Part shown: one piece after another, positions 49,926 to 63,402 of the stretch
Layout of the letters: each line of letters opens with the position of its first letter
Position numbering within the stretch: the stretch's first letter is position 1
Assembly (NCBI RefSeq): GCF_006345805.1
Contig: NC_043001.1
Coordinates: forward strand, 100,750,001-100,814,000
Length of the DNA: 64,000 nt
Reading direction: 5' to 3'
Source of the DNA: Octopus sinensis
Lineage: Eukaryota
The notes under the pieces: generated by a model
Database searches by the model: none
What the model saw: the letters and a program-made list of their open reading frames with translations, nothing else
What the model was told of the DNA's origin: nothing
Translations under genes and position numbers: made by a program

Positions 49926-50418
49926 ATGGAGAAGAGGAAAAGGAAGGAAACAACGGAAATATTTAGCAGAGTGACTGACTGACAGAAGACAGACATATTG
50001 GGAGATAGTTACAAGTTATACAGAAACAACCAAAAGTTACACTCATACAGCCCTACACATACATACATACACACATACACACACATACACATGCCTACAT
50101 ACACACATACACACATATACACATACCTACATACACACATACCTACCTACACACTCATGCGTACACTCACAGATTCATTCTTATGCAAGAATATCCATGG
50201 CAAATATGTGTCTGTTCTTGCATGTCTATTAGATTACAATATTTTAGCTCTAGGGTATTGGACCTTCTCCATTGCATAAAAGTAGAACCAAAAAGATGTA
50301 TCAATAGGTAATGTGTACCCGTGGCTATGTATTATGTGTGTGAGTGTATATATGTATATATGTATATATATATCTTTATCTATATCTGCTTATCTATCAA
50401 GATATATATGTGTGTGTA

Positions 50419-50527
50419 TCATCATCATCATCATCATCATCGTCATTGTTTAACGTCTGCTTTCCATGCTGGCATGGGTTGGACGGTTTGACTGAGGACT
50501 GGTAAGCCAGAAGGTTGCACCAGGCTC
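50419..50527 (-). mobile_element. Short RTE 3' tail
   Basis: (CAT)n followed by TTTAACGTCTGCTTTCCATGCTGGCATGGGTTGG. Confidence 0.85.
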
Positions 50528-50833
50528 ATATATATGTATAAATGTTTGCTCATATTGAACAGTGAAAATGAGTGCTCAACACTGCATTGGTAGATAAATA
50601 TTCTTTAATTGTGGTTTAACAAAGTTATCAATGGTTTTATGTAGCGAGAAATTTCTCAAAAATTATCAATGCTGCACCATGGAAACGTTGGTGCTCCTCT
50701 CCATCTTGGTATTTTTATCCAAAATGTTGATGAGTGCCATTTGCATGAGGCAGGCAGCTTGATAATCGTTGAGAGACTTTTCCCTCTACATGAAACCATC
50801 AGTAGCCTTGTTAAGCTAAAACTAAAAAATATG

Positions 50834-50899
<66 letters not shown>

Positions 50900-51435
50900 G
50901 AAAAAAAAGTCAAGGTAGAAAATGCTAAAATAATTTTATAAAAAACATTTCTGCACTGATTTCAGTCATTGAGACTTTTTCAACTGTAAAGTACAGAAAA
51001 CAATTAAATTTGGAAAAATTAAAAGAAAAGTTTTTTAAAAGAATATTTGCATAGTATACAAGAGGCATTTTCCTTGTTTCTGCCTGTCTCTGTCTCTCTC
51101 TTGTTTACATCGTCTTTTATATAGAAGGCAGAGAATGAGTTGTGACAAATTTAGCTGCTTTTTTCACACAGACTCTTTTCTCTAATTGATAAATGTTTGC
51201 AATATAAGAACAGAGCCTGATATGAGGGCAAAGGACATAGCCAATTATGTTATACCAAGGAATTGTTATTGACTCTCTCTCTCTCTCTTTGTTTATATAT
51301 GCGTGTTTGTTTCCTTATTAAAAACATTGTTTCACTCCCACTCTCTCTTTGTGTGTCTTTTTTCTTATGTGTAATATTTCAATATCATTCTATCTTTCTG
51401 CCCATATGTTTTTTTTTGTGTGTGTGTGTGAGTGA

Positions 51436-51498
<63 letters not shown>

Positions 51499-51592
51499 TG
51501 TGTGTGTTTGAGGGCCCTTCAGCATCAAAATGTCTGTCACCAATAAAAAGTCATTTCTGAAACCTTTTTAGCATCCTGTTGCTTATTTTGAT

Positions 51593-51629
<37 letters not shown>

Positions 51630-52366
51630 TAAATAAAACATATGCATATATATAAACATATATGTACGTACCTACCTCTACATGTACATATATGAGTACA
51701 GGACACCAAAAAGACGTCGAACACAATGAGAAACGAAAACATAGACACAAACCCAAGGAACTGGACATTTTTTTTAAACAACAACAAAAAATAGAGTACA
51801 GGACAATTAACACAAAGAAAAAACCCCTTCTTCAGTCGCTATGGTTTCATCTTTACATATGTATATATAAATGCACACGCACATATATACACACACACAT
51901 ATATACATACACACATACACATGCATACATATGTATATACATATCTCTTTGTGCAAGTGTGTATGTACATATGTATGTATACAATGCCCAATTTTACCAA
52001 TGAATTTTGCACATACTAGTTAGGGGAAACCTCATCTGCTGCACTCATCAGAAGAACTCGAACGAAGAGTACAGTGATAGTTTTTGGCAAGTGGGGCTCA
52101 GAATGTGTCGTCCCATCCAGTTTGTATGCAAAAATCCATTGATTGGAATGGATCTATTACACCGTATTGTATAAATATTGATAGAACCAGTCTCTTGACA
52201 AATAAACCAGTGCCAGTTTTTTTTTCTGATTTATGGATCCTTAGACAACTTTCTCTCCCCACCTCTCTCTTGCTCTCTCTCTCTCTCTCTCTCCGTATAC
52301 ATACATACATACATGCATGCATGCATGCATACATACATACATACATACATACATACATACATACAT

Positions 52367-52436
<70 letters not shown>

Positions 52437-53269
52437 ATGTATGTATATATGTATATGTACATACAGAGAAAGAGAGAGTATGGTTGAGATAGGTAGATAG
52501 ATAGATAGATCAGTGTATGTGCAAGTCTATGTTTGTGAGAGTCCATGAAAATGAAGTTATAAATGTAAAATCAGAAAATTTTAATGCTCTGAAGCACTCG
52601 TTTTCTAGATTTAACTCTAGTCAAGCTAGATTAATTTAGACAGTGTGTGCACCACACAAAAGATAAAGTTAAATGTTTGGGAAAATCAAACAGAAAATAT
52701 TTGATGATTGTGGTCGATATATTGTTAAAGTTATTTCTAATTCTACAAAGTGTCATCTGGTTACTTGTTGTTAAGTTGTCTTTCTCAAATATTAAAAACG
52801 TTTAAGTTTAGGTATGCACTACTTTTCGATAATATTTGATGTCATCAGAGAAGTAAGCTACAACATAGAGTTTCTGTTTGCTAGGATACATTATTCAACT
52901 TGTAGATTGAAATATAAAATACAATTGAATTGACAATACAAACTGGCAAACACTAGTTCGAACAACAGACTAAATAACAACCAGGTGAAAATATTAGTCT
53001 AGTGCTTAACCAGAGAATGGTGACTGTATTACCAAATTGTGGTATTGATTACACAAAGTATCACTAATGGTTATTGTGCAAACATGATTCCAAGTAAATA
53101 ACTCAATCTTTTAGATCTTTGGCCAAATAATCTAGACAGCAAGTATATTCATTCCTAATCTTTAAAGTTGCCAAAAAAAAAAAGAGAAAAACAAAAGATT
53201 CCAAAATAAAGAAGAAAAAAATCACAGACCAAGAAAACTATACAAAAAAATAAAAAAATAAACATAATG

Positions 53270-53325
<56 letters not shown>

Positions 53326-54365
53326 GTGGTAAATAAGCCAACCAAGTGAGTAAATAATTTGATTAGGCATTCATGATAGATTCAAACATTTCTAGACAGA
53401 CAAGAGCCTTAGTTTCCCATCTTAAACATTTCATGGGTTTTACAAAAGATTGGGAAAATTTAAATAACAAGAACAAAACTCTGAATAACAGTATAGATAA
53501 AAATGAATGTTATGATTAATATATACAAATAGTGTTCTTCAGTTTTGGTTTTATTTATTGTTAGCAAAATTCCATTGGACCAAAGACATAAAAAAATAAT
53601 TTCGTAAAAAATATGAGGGATTGTAGCAACGATAAAAGCCACTTGATTTTTGTTTAAGATGATTCAGAATGGTAGAAGAGATAACATCTGTGTTTGGTTG
53701 AAGGAGACATTAGAATTCTGTTGGTTTGTTTTTACCTTCTGGTGTATTTGGAAGTTTCTTTGTCTACTGAGAATAATTCTCCCTTCACAATCCTTGTTTA
53801 AAAAACTGAAAGAAAGAGCTCAAGAAATGATATTCTTTTCCATTTGTGTCTTCAAATTTCTTGTTTTGTTATTGTGAAAAAGACAATGAGCAGCAAACTA
53901 AAATTTGAAGGTTTTTAATAATTTTGGAAAGTTGGGTGAGAAAATATCATTGCATATTGGTTAGTTTTGTTTTTTCTTTATGATAATGTATATGAGGGAG
54001 ATAATAATAAAGTGCCAAAGTTTTGAGAAGTTCTATAAACAAACATATTTAGCTGGAGAAGATAAAGTCAGACAAACTGATTTGATGGGAAAAACAGTTT
54101 CAAGCAATTGTCAAATTAACTGATGATAAAAGAAATGAAAATCTATACAAGATATCATTTTTACCTCTCAGGTGTGTGTGTTTCCATTTATTGTCTCTTG
54201 CTAATGTGTGTGTATCATCATTTAACATCCATTGTTCTTGTTGGCATTGGTTGGACACTATGTGTGTGTGTGTGTGTGTGTACATACACACACAAACACA
54301 CACAATATACACATATACATACATGTACCAATCCAGCATGTAAAACGGATGTTGAATGATGATGA

Positions 54366-54404
<39 letters not shown>

Positions 54405-54584
54405 TGGTGGTGGTGGTGGTGGTGATGATGATGATGACAAAATACATAGTGGATGTTGTGTGTCCAAATAGATGTATGACTGCTACTGTAAAGTTTAAAG
54501 TTCTACATAGAATATCATTGTCCAGTCTGCTTCCAGTGTTGAAGCAAGAACTCTACTGAGTAGCATTCCTAGAGCAAATGTAGG

Positions 54585-55035
54585 AGAATGTTTGATGCCA
54601 TCTGCTATGTCGGTGATGAAAATAAAGAAGAGGACTGGGTCTAACACAGTACCTTGTGGGACACCACTACTGACTTTGGCTGAGCTGGATCGGATTCCCT
54701 CAAACACAACATGGTGGATTCTGTTTGTCGGGTAACACTTTATCCACTGCAGCAGCTTTCCACTCCGGTGTTGGACAGTTTCTTCAGCAGGTATTTGTAG
54801 GCCACTCTGTCAAATGCCTTGCTAAAATCAAGGTATATGACGTCAGTGTTTGGAGCCCTATTCCAACACTTTTAAGATGTCATCAAAATGGTGCAGCAGC
54901 TGCAACAGGCAGTCCCTGCCATCACAGAAACCATGCTGGTTGGGGTTCGGCAGATTGTTGTCTTTGAGGAAGTGAGTTATTTGCGATCTCACCACTCTCT
55001 CAAATACATTAACGATAAGGAAGTGAGTGAAGTCG
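54585..55035 (-). mobile_element. CR1-type LINE RT fragment
   Basis: VFERVVRSQI...NPNQHGF...YLDFSKAFDRV...SGVPQGTVLDPVLFFIFITDI. Confidence 0.88.
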
Positions 55036-55879
55036 GAGAGTAGTTCACTGCAAGAGATTTGCTTCCCTTTTTGAAGACTGGAACGACATGAATGTATTAA
55101 AGTAATAAAGAACGACGCTGTGTGCTTCTTCATATATATGAATACACACACATTTATCTGCTTATAGGCCATAAAAAGTCAGGAAGTAAGAGAGGTAAAT
55201 ACATTTATTTAACCACTTGTCATCCTTGGGATTTTGGCTGTTTTGCAGCCTTCATCATGCAATAAGAATTTCAGTGTCGAATAAACTCTGTTTGCATACC
55301 TGTATTCATATGGACATGAAAATATTATTATACGCTGGATACAACAAGGATTAGAAGTCATTGCAAAGTATGACAAACTTTAGTGATTGAGATGTTAAGA
55401 TACTTCGCACCTGATAGCCACAAGTTCAAATCCTGTGATTGCTTCCTGTGTTACGTGATTTCTTTTAATTATTTAGTTATAAGAAAGGGACAGAGTCCCT
55501 GACACTGCAGAACCTTTCTAACTAGTCATGGTGATATATTTAATTTAACAAATTGAACTTGTGTAAGTAGATATCTGCAAAAAAGAAACAACATTTTTAT
55601 AGGAAGAGAACTGCAGGCGGCTGATACTCTAAGGAGTAATGGTAGGGAACAATGCATCTTCTGTATGAAGATCAATGATTAATCAATGCTCGCTGATCAG
55701 ATGGGTGGCAATATTTTGCAGGGAGTCTAGAATACTTGTATCTAATCAAATCTGAAGTATTTTCTGGCCTTTAACAAGTCTTGTATGTAGGTTGATGGTG
55801 GAGGGGAATGACAAGGAAAATTTCTCAAAAATTGAGGTCTGAAATTTGTTGCAACTTTGAGGGGTTTTCGTCAAATACC

Positions 55880-56040
55880 CTAATGATTAGGGTTTTGCCC
55901 TCACAGTCACTAAACCATAGGTTTGATTCCCAGTCTGAGTCGTGCATTGTGTTCTTGAACAAAATGCTTTATTTCACATTGCCCCAGTCCACTCGGCTAT
56001 AAATGTGTGACCCTACAATAGACTGGCTTTCCAGTCAAAG
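55880..56040 (+). mobile_element. Decayed tRNA-derived SINE (family C-like head, V-domain-like 3' part)
   Basis: GGTTTGATTCCC B-box, TTGTGTTCTTGAACAAAATGCTTTATTTCAC and TGTGTGACCCTACAATAGACTGGC. Confidence 0.55.
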
Positions 56041-58011
56041 AGAATGTTGGCTTGCTTGTCTAGTAGCAGGGTGGCATCAGTCAAAAGCGAAAATGATGCA
56101 CAGCACTTCATGGCCATCAATGTATAACAGTATCTGATTGGTCTGGTAGATGATGAGATCACATTATCGAACATTAGAGAGGGTGAGCTACCCTGAGTTG
56201 ATGAAGGCATATTACTCTGTAAACCTCAAACAGAAGCTTGTAGACAAGCATTTCTATTCCAACTTTCTAGAACAATATACATAACTTTATTTTACATAAA
56301 ACAGGGGAAAATATAAAAGAGATGTCCTTTATAAAATGATGTACTTTATCTCTGAGTAATAAATGTAGCCCTGTAAGGAATGCCACAGCCACGTTAATAT
56401 TTAAACAGAATAAAATATTTGTGAAATGCTACAAAGAAAAAGGAATCAAGGAAGCAGACCACTGATAGACATTAAGAACATGGCAAAAGAGATGAAGAGG
56501 GAAAAGGTTCTGTGAATTCTTCAATGCAAATGTTCTTATAATTTAAAGCACATGTTCCAATTTACCAACAAACCAACTGACTGGTAACTTACTACTCCAG
56601 ACCCTCATGACAACCAAAATGAGTTTGCATTTAGAAGAAAATGAATTAGGCATATACTTTTGAATATGACATCTCTCCATTTTGTGAGGAATATCACTCT
56701 CTGTATGACGATGAATCAGAGGCTTGAAGATGAGTCACTGGAAGATTCATAAGCAGAAATTAAAACATACTATTTAGGATTATTATTATACAGATGTTAA
56801 ATTTATGGCTACAATTATGTAGAAGTTGAAAGAGACTCTTCCCATATGTAACTTCCAGTTTACACTGGATGAAGGTTAGTTAATGCTCTGCTATATTCGT
56901 TTGATAGCTTGAGGTCTTCTGAATTTTAGGGTTGATTAAAAGCCAGGATGTTGAGGGCTACACTATAAATTGGCTGTCCTAGCTAAATACTATTTTCTCA
57001 GTTGATGGTAGCAAGCTACATTACAAGCTGACTTCAAGAGATAACATGCAATTAAAACTTCCACCTTTAGCCATCTTAGAATTGATATGAAGAATTCATA
57101 GATCTGCTATTTTTCTGTCTGCATTCATTTATTATTTTCTGTTGGCACAATTAAATAAAAAGATGATCAATTAGAGTTGTATAATATTGTCATGAAAACA
57201 CTATTAATTTATTACAATCCTATTGGGAATAAATATGCATATCAGAACCATGTTTGGCAATTTGTCTGTGACAGAACCATCACAGACAGTTGACACATTT
57301 CAAGAGACGGCAACTCAATTAAAAAAAAAAAGACAAAAAAGAAACTCCAATAAAACAACAACAAAAACATTGACTCAAGTTGCCACCACAGACAGTATTG
57401 ACATCTAGCACCATTTATAAAGGTTTTCCTAATATTTGACCAACAGTGGTGGCTGATCAACTAATTTCCCAGATGGATGAATGGCATGAAGTAACATGAA
57501 ATGCTGTCGATTACTCAGAGCTCAACGTTGGCATTAGATATCAAGAAGAGTGTGAGAAGATCAATAGTTTTGTGAAAAACTTCCAATATACATGGTGGCA
57601 GATTGAATGTAGAAGTTAATACTTGTGAGCTGGCAAAGACTTGAATTTATCACTTATTTATGTCTATTGTTTCCAGTGGATCACCAAGGCTAGAAAAATT
57701 GATGACAATGCTAAAATATATTGATCTTGTTAATAGTATTGTGCTCACATTTATGCATATTTATAATTATGAATATGATTGAAGCATTACGTTTTTGATT
57801 AACAAGTCACTGGATGATATGGTGTTTATTGATATCTAAGCAAGTGAATAAATGCAGAATAAGTTTGCATGACAGCTCCAAGGCCTGTTTTCCATGTTTT
57901 CATTTATTCATATGTTGCACTGGTCATTAGGGACTAATAGAAGTTCTAAGTAGTTTTTCAGTATGACGAACACTCATTGACTGCTGGTGCCATGTATTGT
58001 TTCCTGTTGGC

Positions 58012-58199
58012 ACAGGCGTGGCTGTGTGCTAGGAAGTTTGCTTCCCAACTGCATGGACCTCGGTTCAGTCCCACTGTGTTTCACCTTGGACAAGATTTTT
58101 TCTACTATAGTCTCAGGTAGACCAAAGCCTTGTGAGTAGATCTGGTAGATGGAAACTGATGGAAGCCCATTGTATATGTGTGTGTGTGTAGTGTGTGTG

Positions 58200-58238
<39 letters not shown>

Positions 58239-58255
58239 TATACATACATATATAA

Positions 58256-58288
<33 letters not shown>

Positions 58289-58518
58289 TACAATATATGT
58301 GAGTGTGGGTGTGTGTGTGTGTGCACATGCACATGTGTTTGTCCTCCACTACACCACTTGACAACCATGTTTCTGTAACTTAGCAGTCCAGCAAAAGAGA
58401 CCAATAAAATAAGTATGAGGCTTAGAAAAATAAAGATATAAGTCCTGGAGTTGAGTCATTCAACTAAAATTTCTTCAAGGAAGTGCCTCAGCATGGCCAC
58501 AGTCTAATGACTGAAAAA
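58012..58518 (+). mobile_element. SINE family B, full length with expanded internal (TA)/(GT)n
   Basis: Same head and tail as 42118-42512. Confidence 0.87.
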
Positions 58519-59903
58519 GATATCTGGACCGTTTCTATATCTCATTGCTACCATGACACTGAAGCTCTCTTTTCTATTTATGTTCAAGTTGGATGTATTG
58601 TATTCAGTTTCTTCTATGATTTCAAAATTCTCTACCAAATAGCATATTTGCAGGATGAAATTTACTCCAAGAATGAAATTTACTCCAAGAATGCAAATCC
58701 AGGTCCAGAATTTCTATTTGTACATCAATCAAATTAGTTACATCCAACAATGGGAAAGTAATGCTTCAAATCAGTCCAAAAATGTTTCTACTCTCATTCA
58801 TTTTGGCAATGAAGTTTTTCAAGAGAATCATCAAAGCATGTTCATTACTCCACCACCCCACCATTTTTAGAGGGGGTTGCTCTTTTCTGAAATAGGGGTT
58901 GCCTATTCCTAAACCAATGCCTAATAAGGGTCGGAACTGTTGTTGTTATTTCTGTTAAATACCATGCAATAAGTAGGGAGATATTTTTTTTCATTTTATC
59001 TTTGTTTGGATAATTAATTCTCTAAGAATCTTGATACAATTAGGTATGACTAATTAATGCTTCGAACAACTTTGTTACTGGTGCTTATACTGGGAGACTA
59101 AAACCAATAAAATGTTAAGTTGTCTTTCGTTGCATTTGAATACAGTACAGTCACATACTAAGGAAAATATTGTAAAAACCTGCTCCTTGTCATTCATTAT
59201 TGCACTTTCCACCCTCCCAGAAGGCTACTTTGCACTTTACGTCCGACTATTTTGAGCTTGTTATTTGCTTCTCTTTATGTGCGTCTCCTGATTATTCAAG
59301 AAAGGATTCTAATCACTGAATCCTCCTCTGCCCAGGCCCATGCAGTTTACCCTGCACTCATCCTTCCAGCAACCCTTTTGTCCCTTACAATTGAATCCTA
59401 CTCTAAACACTTTACTAAACTCTTCCTTCCCTGGGCATAAACCCACAGGAATTTCCTCACAATTGGCATTTTATCCTGTTGGAAGTGAACATCAATAATC
59501 TTCCTAGTCTGATAAAAGAGCCTGAATATGTGAAAATCACTACTACTACTACTGCAACTTCTCTTTCTCTTGTTAGTCTATAAAAGGAAAATCTAAAGTA
59601 ACACAGTTATTGTGGGAAATAACCGACAGTTGCTAAGTAGTTTAGTAATTAATCAGGTTGGCTCAGTTAAAAGGAGGGGTCAACAACTCCACCATTTACA
59701 ACACCAATCATTTCTCTCAGATAAATGACCAAACTCTTTGGAAATAACATCTTGAACGTTAGTGACATGGAAACAGATTAAACACATACATGTGGACATT
59801 TGACCTGCTAGAAATAGTAGCCAGACCAGACTTAATTCACACCTACCAATTTAAAAGGGAAAGGAACATTGGATAGTGCAGTCCTAGATATATCATTCCT
59901 CAA

Positions 59904-60123
59904 CCCTTTAGCATTTAAACCAGCCACATCAGACCTAAATATTCTACCTGTGTTATGCTCAAACTAGTGAGATCCAGCCTTTCACACCTACCCTACAATG
60001 CCATTCTAAAAATAAACCGTTGCATCTTTGAAATCTCAAAACTATGAGATAATGCAGAATTACTTCAAAACAGTGTGAATGAATAAGCATTACGATTGAC
60101 AGAATAAGCTGAATGCTAAATGC
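59904..60123. mobile_element. piggyBac-like MITE
   Basis: TCAA|CCCTTTAGCATTTA...TGAATGCTAAATGC|TTAA, i.e. degenerate TIRs and a TTAA-type TSD. Confidence 0.75.
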
Positions 60124-60221
60124 TTAAACAAGAATGGAATATAACAGTTGGAACCTGGGCCTCTTCACTGTTAGCAATAAATATTTGAACTGTGGAGAAA
60201 TATCATTGGCTAACCGGTTTC

Positions 60222-60687
60222 AGTGCCAGTGGCACTTAAAAGGCACCATTCGAGCGTGATCATTACCAGCATCGCCTTACTGGCACTCGAGCCCCGTACT
60301 AGTAGGGTATTAAGAGCACCATCCGAGCGTGATTGTTGCCAGAGCGGCTATCTGGCCTCCGTGCCGGTGGCAAGTAAAAGACACCATCCAAGCGTGATCT
60401 TTACCAGCATCGCCTTACTGGCACTTGTGCTGGTGGAATGTGTAAAGGATTCGAGCGAGGTCATTGCCAGTACCGCCTGACTGGCCCCGTGCAGGTGGCA
60501 CGTAAAAAGCACCCACTACACTCTCAGAGTGGTTGGCGTTAGGAAGGGTATCCAGCTGTAGAAACTCTGCCAGATCATGATTGAAGTCTGGTGCTGCCAT
60601 CTGGTTTGCCAGTCCCCAGTCAAATCATCTAACCCATGCTAGCATGGAAAGCGGACGTTAAACGATGATGATGATGATGATGACGAT
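60222..60687 (+). mobile_element. RTE 3'UTR fragment
   Basis: Homologous to 4425-4820 and 44650-45118; (GAT)n tail. Confidence 0.9.
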
Positions 60688-61054
60688 ACACCATTGAAAA
60701 ATTCTCTTTTTTTTTTTAAATACAACTAATTTATTTGGAAAAGGAAGACCCTTCACTCGTATTCTTGTCTACATCCAGGAAGACTTTCAATAATTAATAT
60801 GCTTCACTACTGAACCATCATCATGTCCTCTTAATGTTCCTTCGACCAGTTCGACCGGTTCTGCTGATCTCCATAAATTACTGACTGTTTTTGGCCTGGG
60901 GAAGTGATTCTCTTTGGTTGCTCAAAATGTTATACAATGAACAATAAAACTCCCTTCCCATCTGAAAAGCCACATCATGTCGTTTCAAAAAAGAAATGAG
61001 TCATTCGATAATGTTGTCTTATCTAGACTTCTCCACCCCATCATCAGTGAAGAA

Positions 61055-61290
61055 GGTGCATGGCTGGGTATTTAGGGTATTTGCTTCATAATCATAAGAT
61101 TGTCAGTTTGATTCTAAGCAGTACATTATACCCTTGAGCAAGACACTTTATTTCACCTGGCTCCAGTCCACTCACCTGGCAAAAATGAATTGTACCTGAA
61201 ATTAAAAGGGGCCAGCCTTGTCACATTTTGTCACGCTGAGTTTCCCTGTGTCTGTGGAGTACTCAGCCACTTAGACATTAATTTCATGAT
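61055..61290 (+). mobile_element. SINE family C (partial)
   Basis: CCTTGAGCAAGACACTTTATTTCAC...CCAGCCTTGTCACATT...CTCAGCCACTT. Confidence 0.8.
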
Positions 61291-62611
61291 TAACTGATCA
61301 TCAGAACCAATGGAGTGCCAATTACCCCTCACTAAAAAGATGGGATGGTCACAGTCAGAAAGTCTTTGATCATAGATCTTCCCAGTTAAAGCTGTTCTGA
61401 AGCTAAACGGCAATTACAGACTCTGTTACAACAGAGACTTGCCATTCCCACAGAGGTCTGTGTTGTAAATTCATGCTTCGTTAGAAGCAATCTTCTGAGT
61501 CATAAAGAAAGACAATTGTTCTTAATGATTTTGTTAAGGAACACAAAGGGACTTCAGTAGACATAGAAAGGGCTTGGATGTTGAGTGGGGAGTATCCAAA
61601 ACAGAAGCAAAAATTGTGAGCTTCTATTTCAACGTAGTTGGGCCTCACTGGTAACATGGCACCAACAGAACAGGAATTCCAACCACGTTTCGTGGTTCAC
61701 AACCTCAACAGCTCCTTTATAGGATCCAATGTCTAAGGACATAATCAGGAGGAACCACATTCGGTTTCAGCCCCTACTCCTCTACCATTTTCAACATGGC
61801 GTCCCCCACGGCCCCGTTTCAAAAGCGGGTAATTGTGAGGCAAAAGCATAGTAAAATGCTGCAGTGACTGTTGCTTCTGTTGTTGCTTTCATTGGTGGTA
61901 TTGTTGCTGGTGTTGCTGATGAAGATAATGATACGGCCACTACTGTCAACAACAGCAACAACAACAACAGCAATGATGACGATGACAACGATGATGATGA
62001 TGTTTTGTAATTCTGATTTCTAATCTAAATTAAGTGTGGTGGAAACCTGCAAGTTTTTCACCAACCTAGCATCGATGGAAGTTGTGTGTAACATCAGGAG
62101 AATTCCTGATCTGTGAATTTCTCATATTTTTAGTAAATTATGTATGAAAATGGAGTTTAGAGACTGATTGAGTCAGACGAAGATCATTATTAAATATAAA
62201 ATAAGTTGATTCTATCTAATGAAAAGGTTTTATTGACATTAATTATTACTTACCTTCAAATGGATGATCACATATTAGAGAGAAGTTCTGTGCAGAGGAA
62301 ATGGCCAACGGTGAAAAAGGTGTTAATATATTTTTTGAATGGCTCTGAAGAGAATGATAAATTATTTGATAGGAGTGAAACTGTCCAGCACTAAATTAGC
62401 ATATCAAGTCTTGTGGTGTCCTCTGAATAGCCATTTGTAGAAGAGAATTAACTTGATATATAAAGGTGTGGAGTTGAGATGGTTGAGTGACGAGTAAAAT
62501 TTTCACAAAACAAAATAGACAATTATCAATGTCTTTTATGATTATTATTTACAAAACTACATGAAATATAAAGGTGGAGCTTAAGGGTTCAATTCACTGT
62601 TTTCCTGTTGA

Positions 62612-62930
62612 AGGGCATATGGCCAAGTGGTTAGGGTATTTAGGTCATGATCATAAGGTTGTGAGTTCGATTCCTCGAGACATGTTGTGTCCTTGAGCAA
62701 GACACTTTATTTCACATTGCTCCTGTCCACTCACCTGGCAATAATGAGGTGTTCCTGTAACTCAAAGAGCTAACCTTTTCACATTCTGAGTCAATGCTGA
62801 ATCTCCCTGTGAACTACATTAAGAGTATGCATGTCTGTGGAGAGCTCAATGACTTGCACTTTAATTTCAAGAGCAGGTTGTTGTGTTGATAGGACCAAAT
62901 GAAACTCTTGTTGCAACTGACCGAGGGTCA
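62612..62930 (+). mobile_element. SINE family C
   Basis: TGGCCAAGTGG A-box and GAGTTCGATTCC B-box; homologous to 7559-7941. Confidence 0.87.
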
Positions 62931-63402
62931 GTTTTTTAATCTGACAAGATCGGAAAGCAGTTTAATAGCAGCACCAACAATAACCACAATATTGAAGACA
63001 ACAATGCAAATCATTTTTGCCTAAAGATTTGGAAATAGAACAACTTAAATAAATCCGCAAAACACTGGTTTTATTTTACTCCACATTTAATCTTAATTTT
63101 TTTTTTAAGTAACTGAAAGCCAGAGAACCTTTGAAATAAGCAGAAATCATTGAGTGAAGTTAGAAGAAATTAACAGAAAGATAAAATGGAGTTGAGAAAG
63201 GAAAATAGCAAATGAAATATCTATATCTTGGTACTAAATGTCCATTCAATAAAATATTCTAAATTTAACTTAACAAGGGGTATTTCTACTGGACACACGG
63301 CTTTATTCTAGAAAAAAAATAAATATTATCATCAAATTATTTTTTCTCAATACATCATTGCTCTTGTACTGAGTATCACAGAACAAAAAATTCTCTTTTT
63401 AG

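Noticed and set aside
57263-57288. TGTCTGTGA/TCACAGACA hairpin
   Set aside because: A single 9-bp stem without supporting context is expected by chance in 64 kb.
59505-59542. TAGT-CTGATAA...GAAAATC-ACTA hammerhead-like motif
   Set aside because: C3/A8 is mismatched and stem II does not pair; it cannot be distinguished from chance.
62341-62392. CTGAAGA...GAAACTGTC hammerhead-like motif
   Set aside because: The stem II region does not pair.
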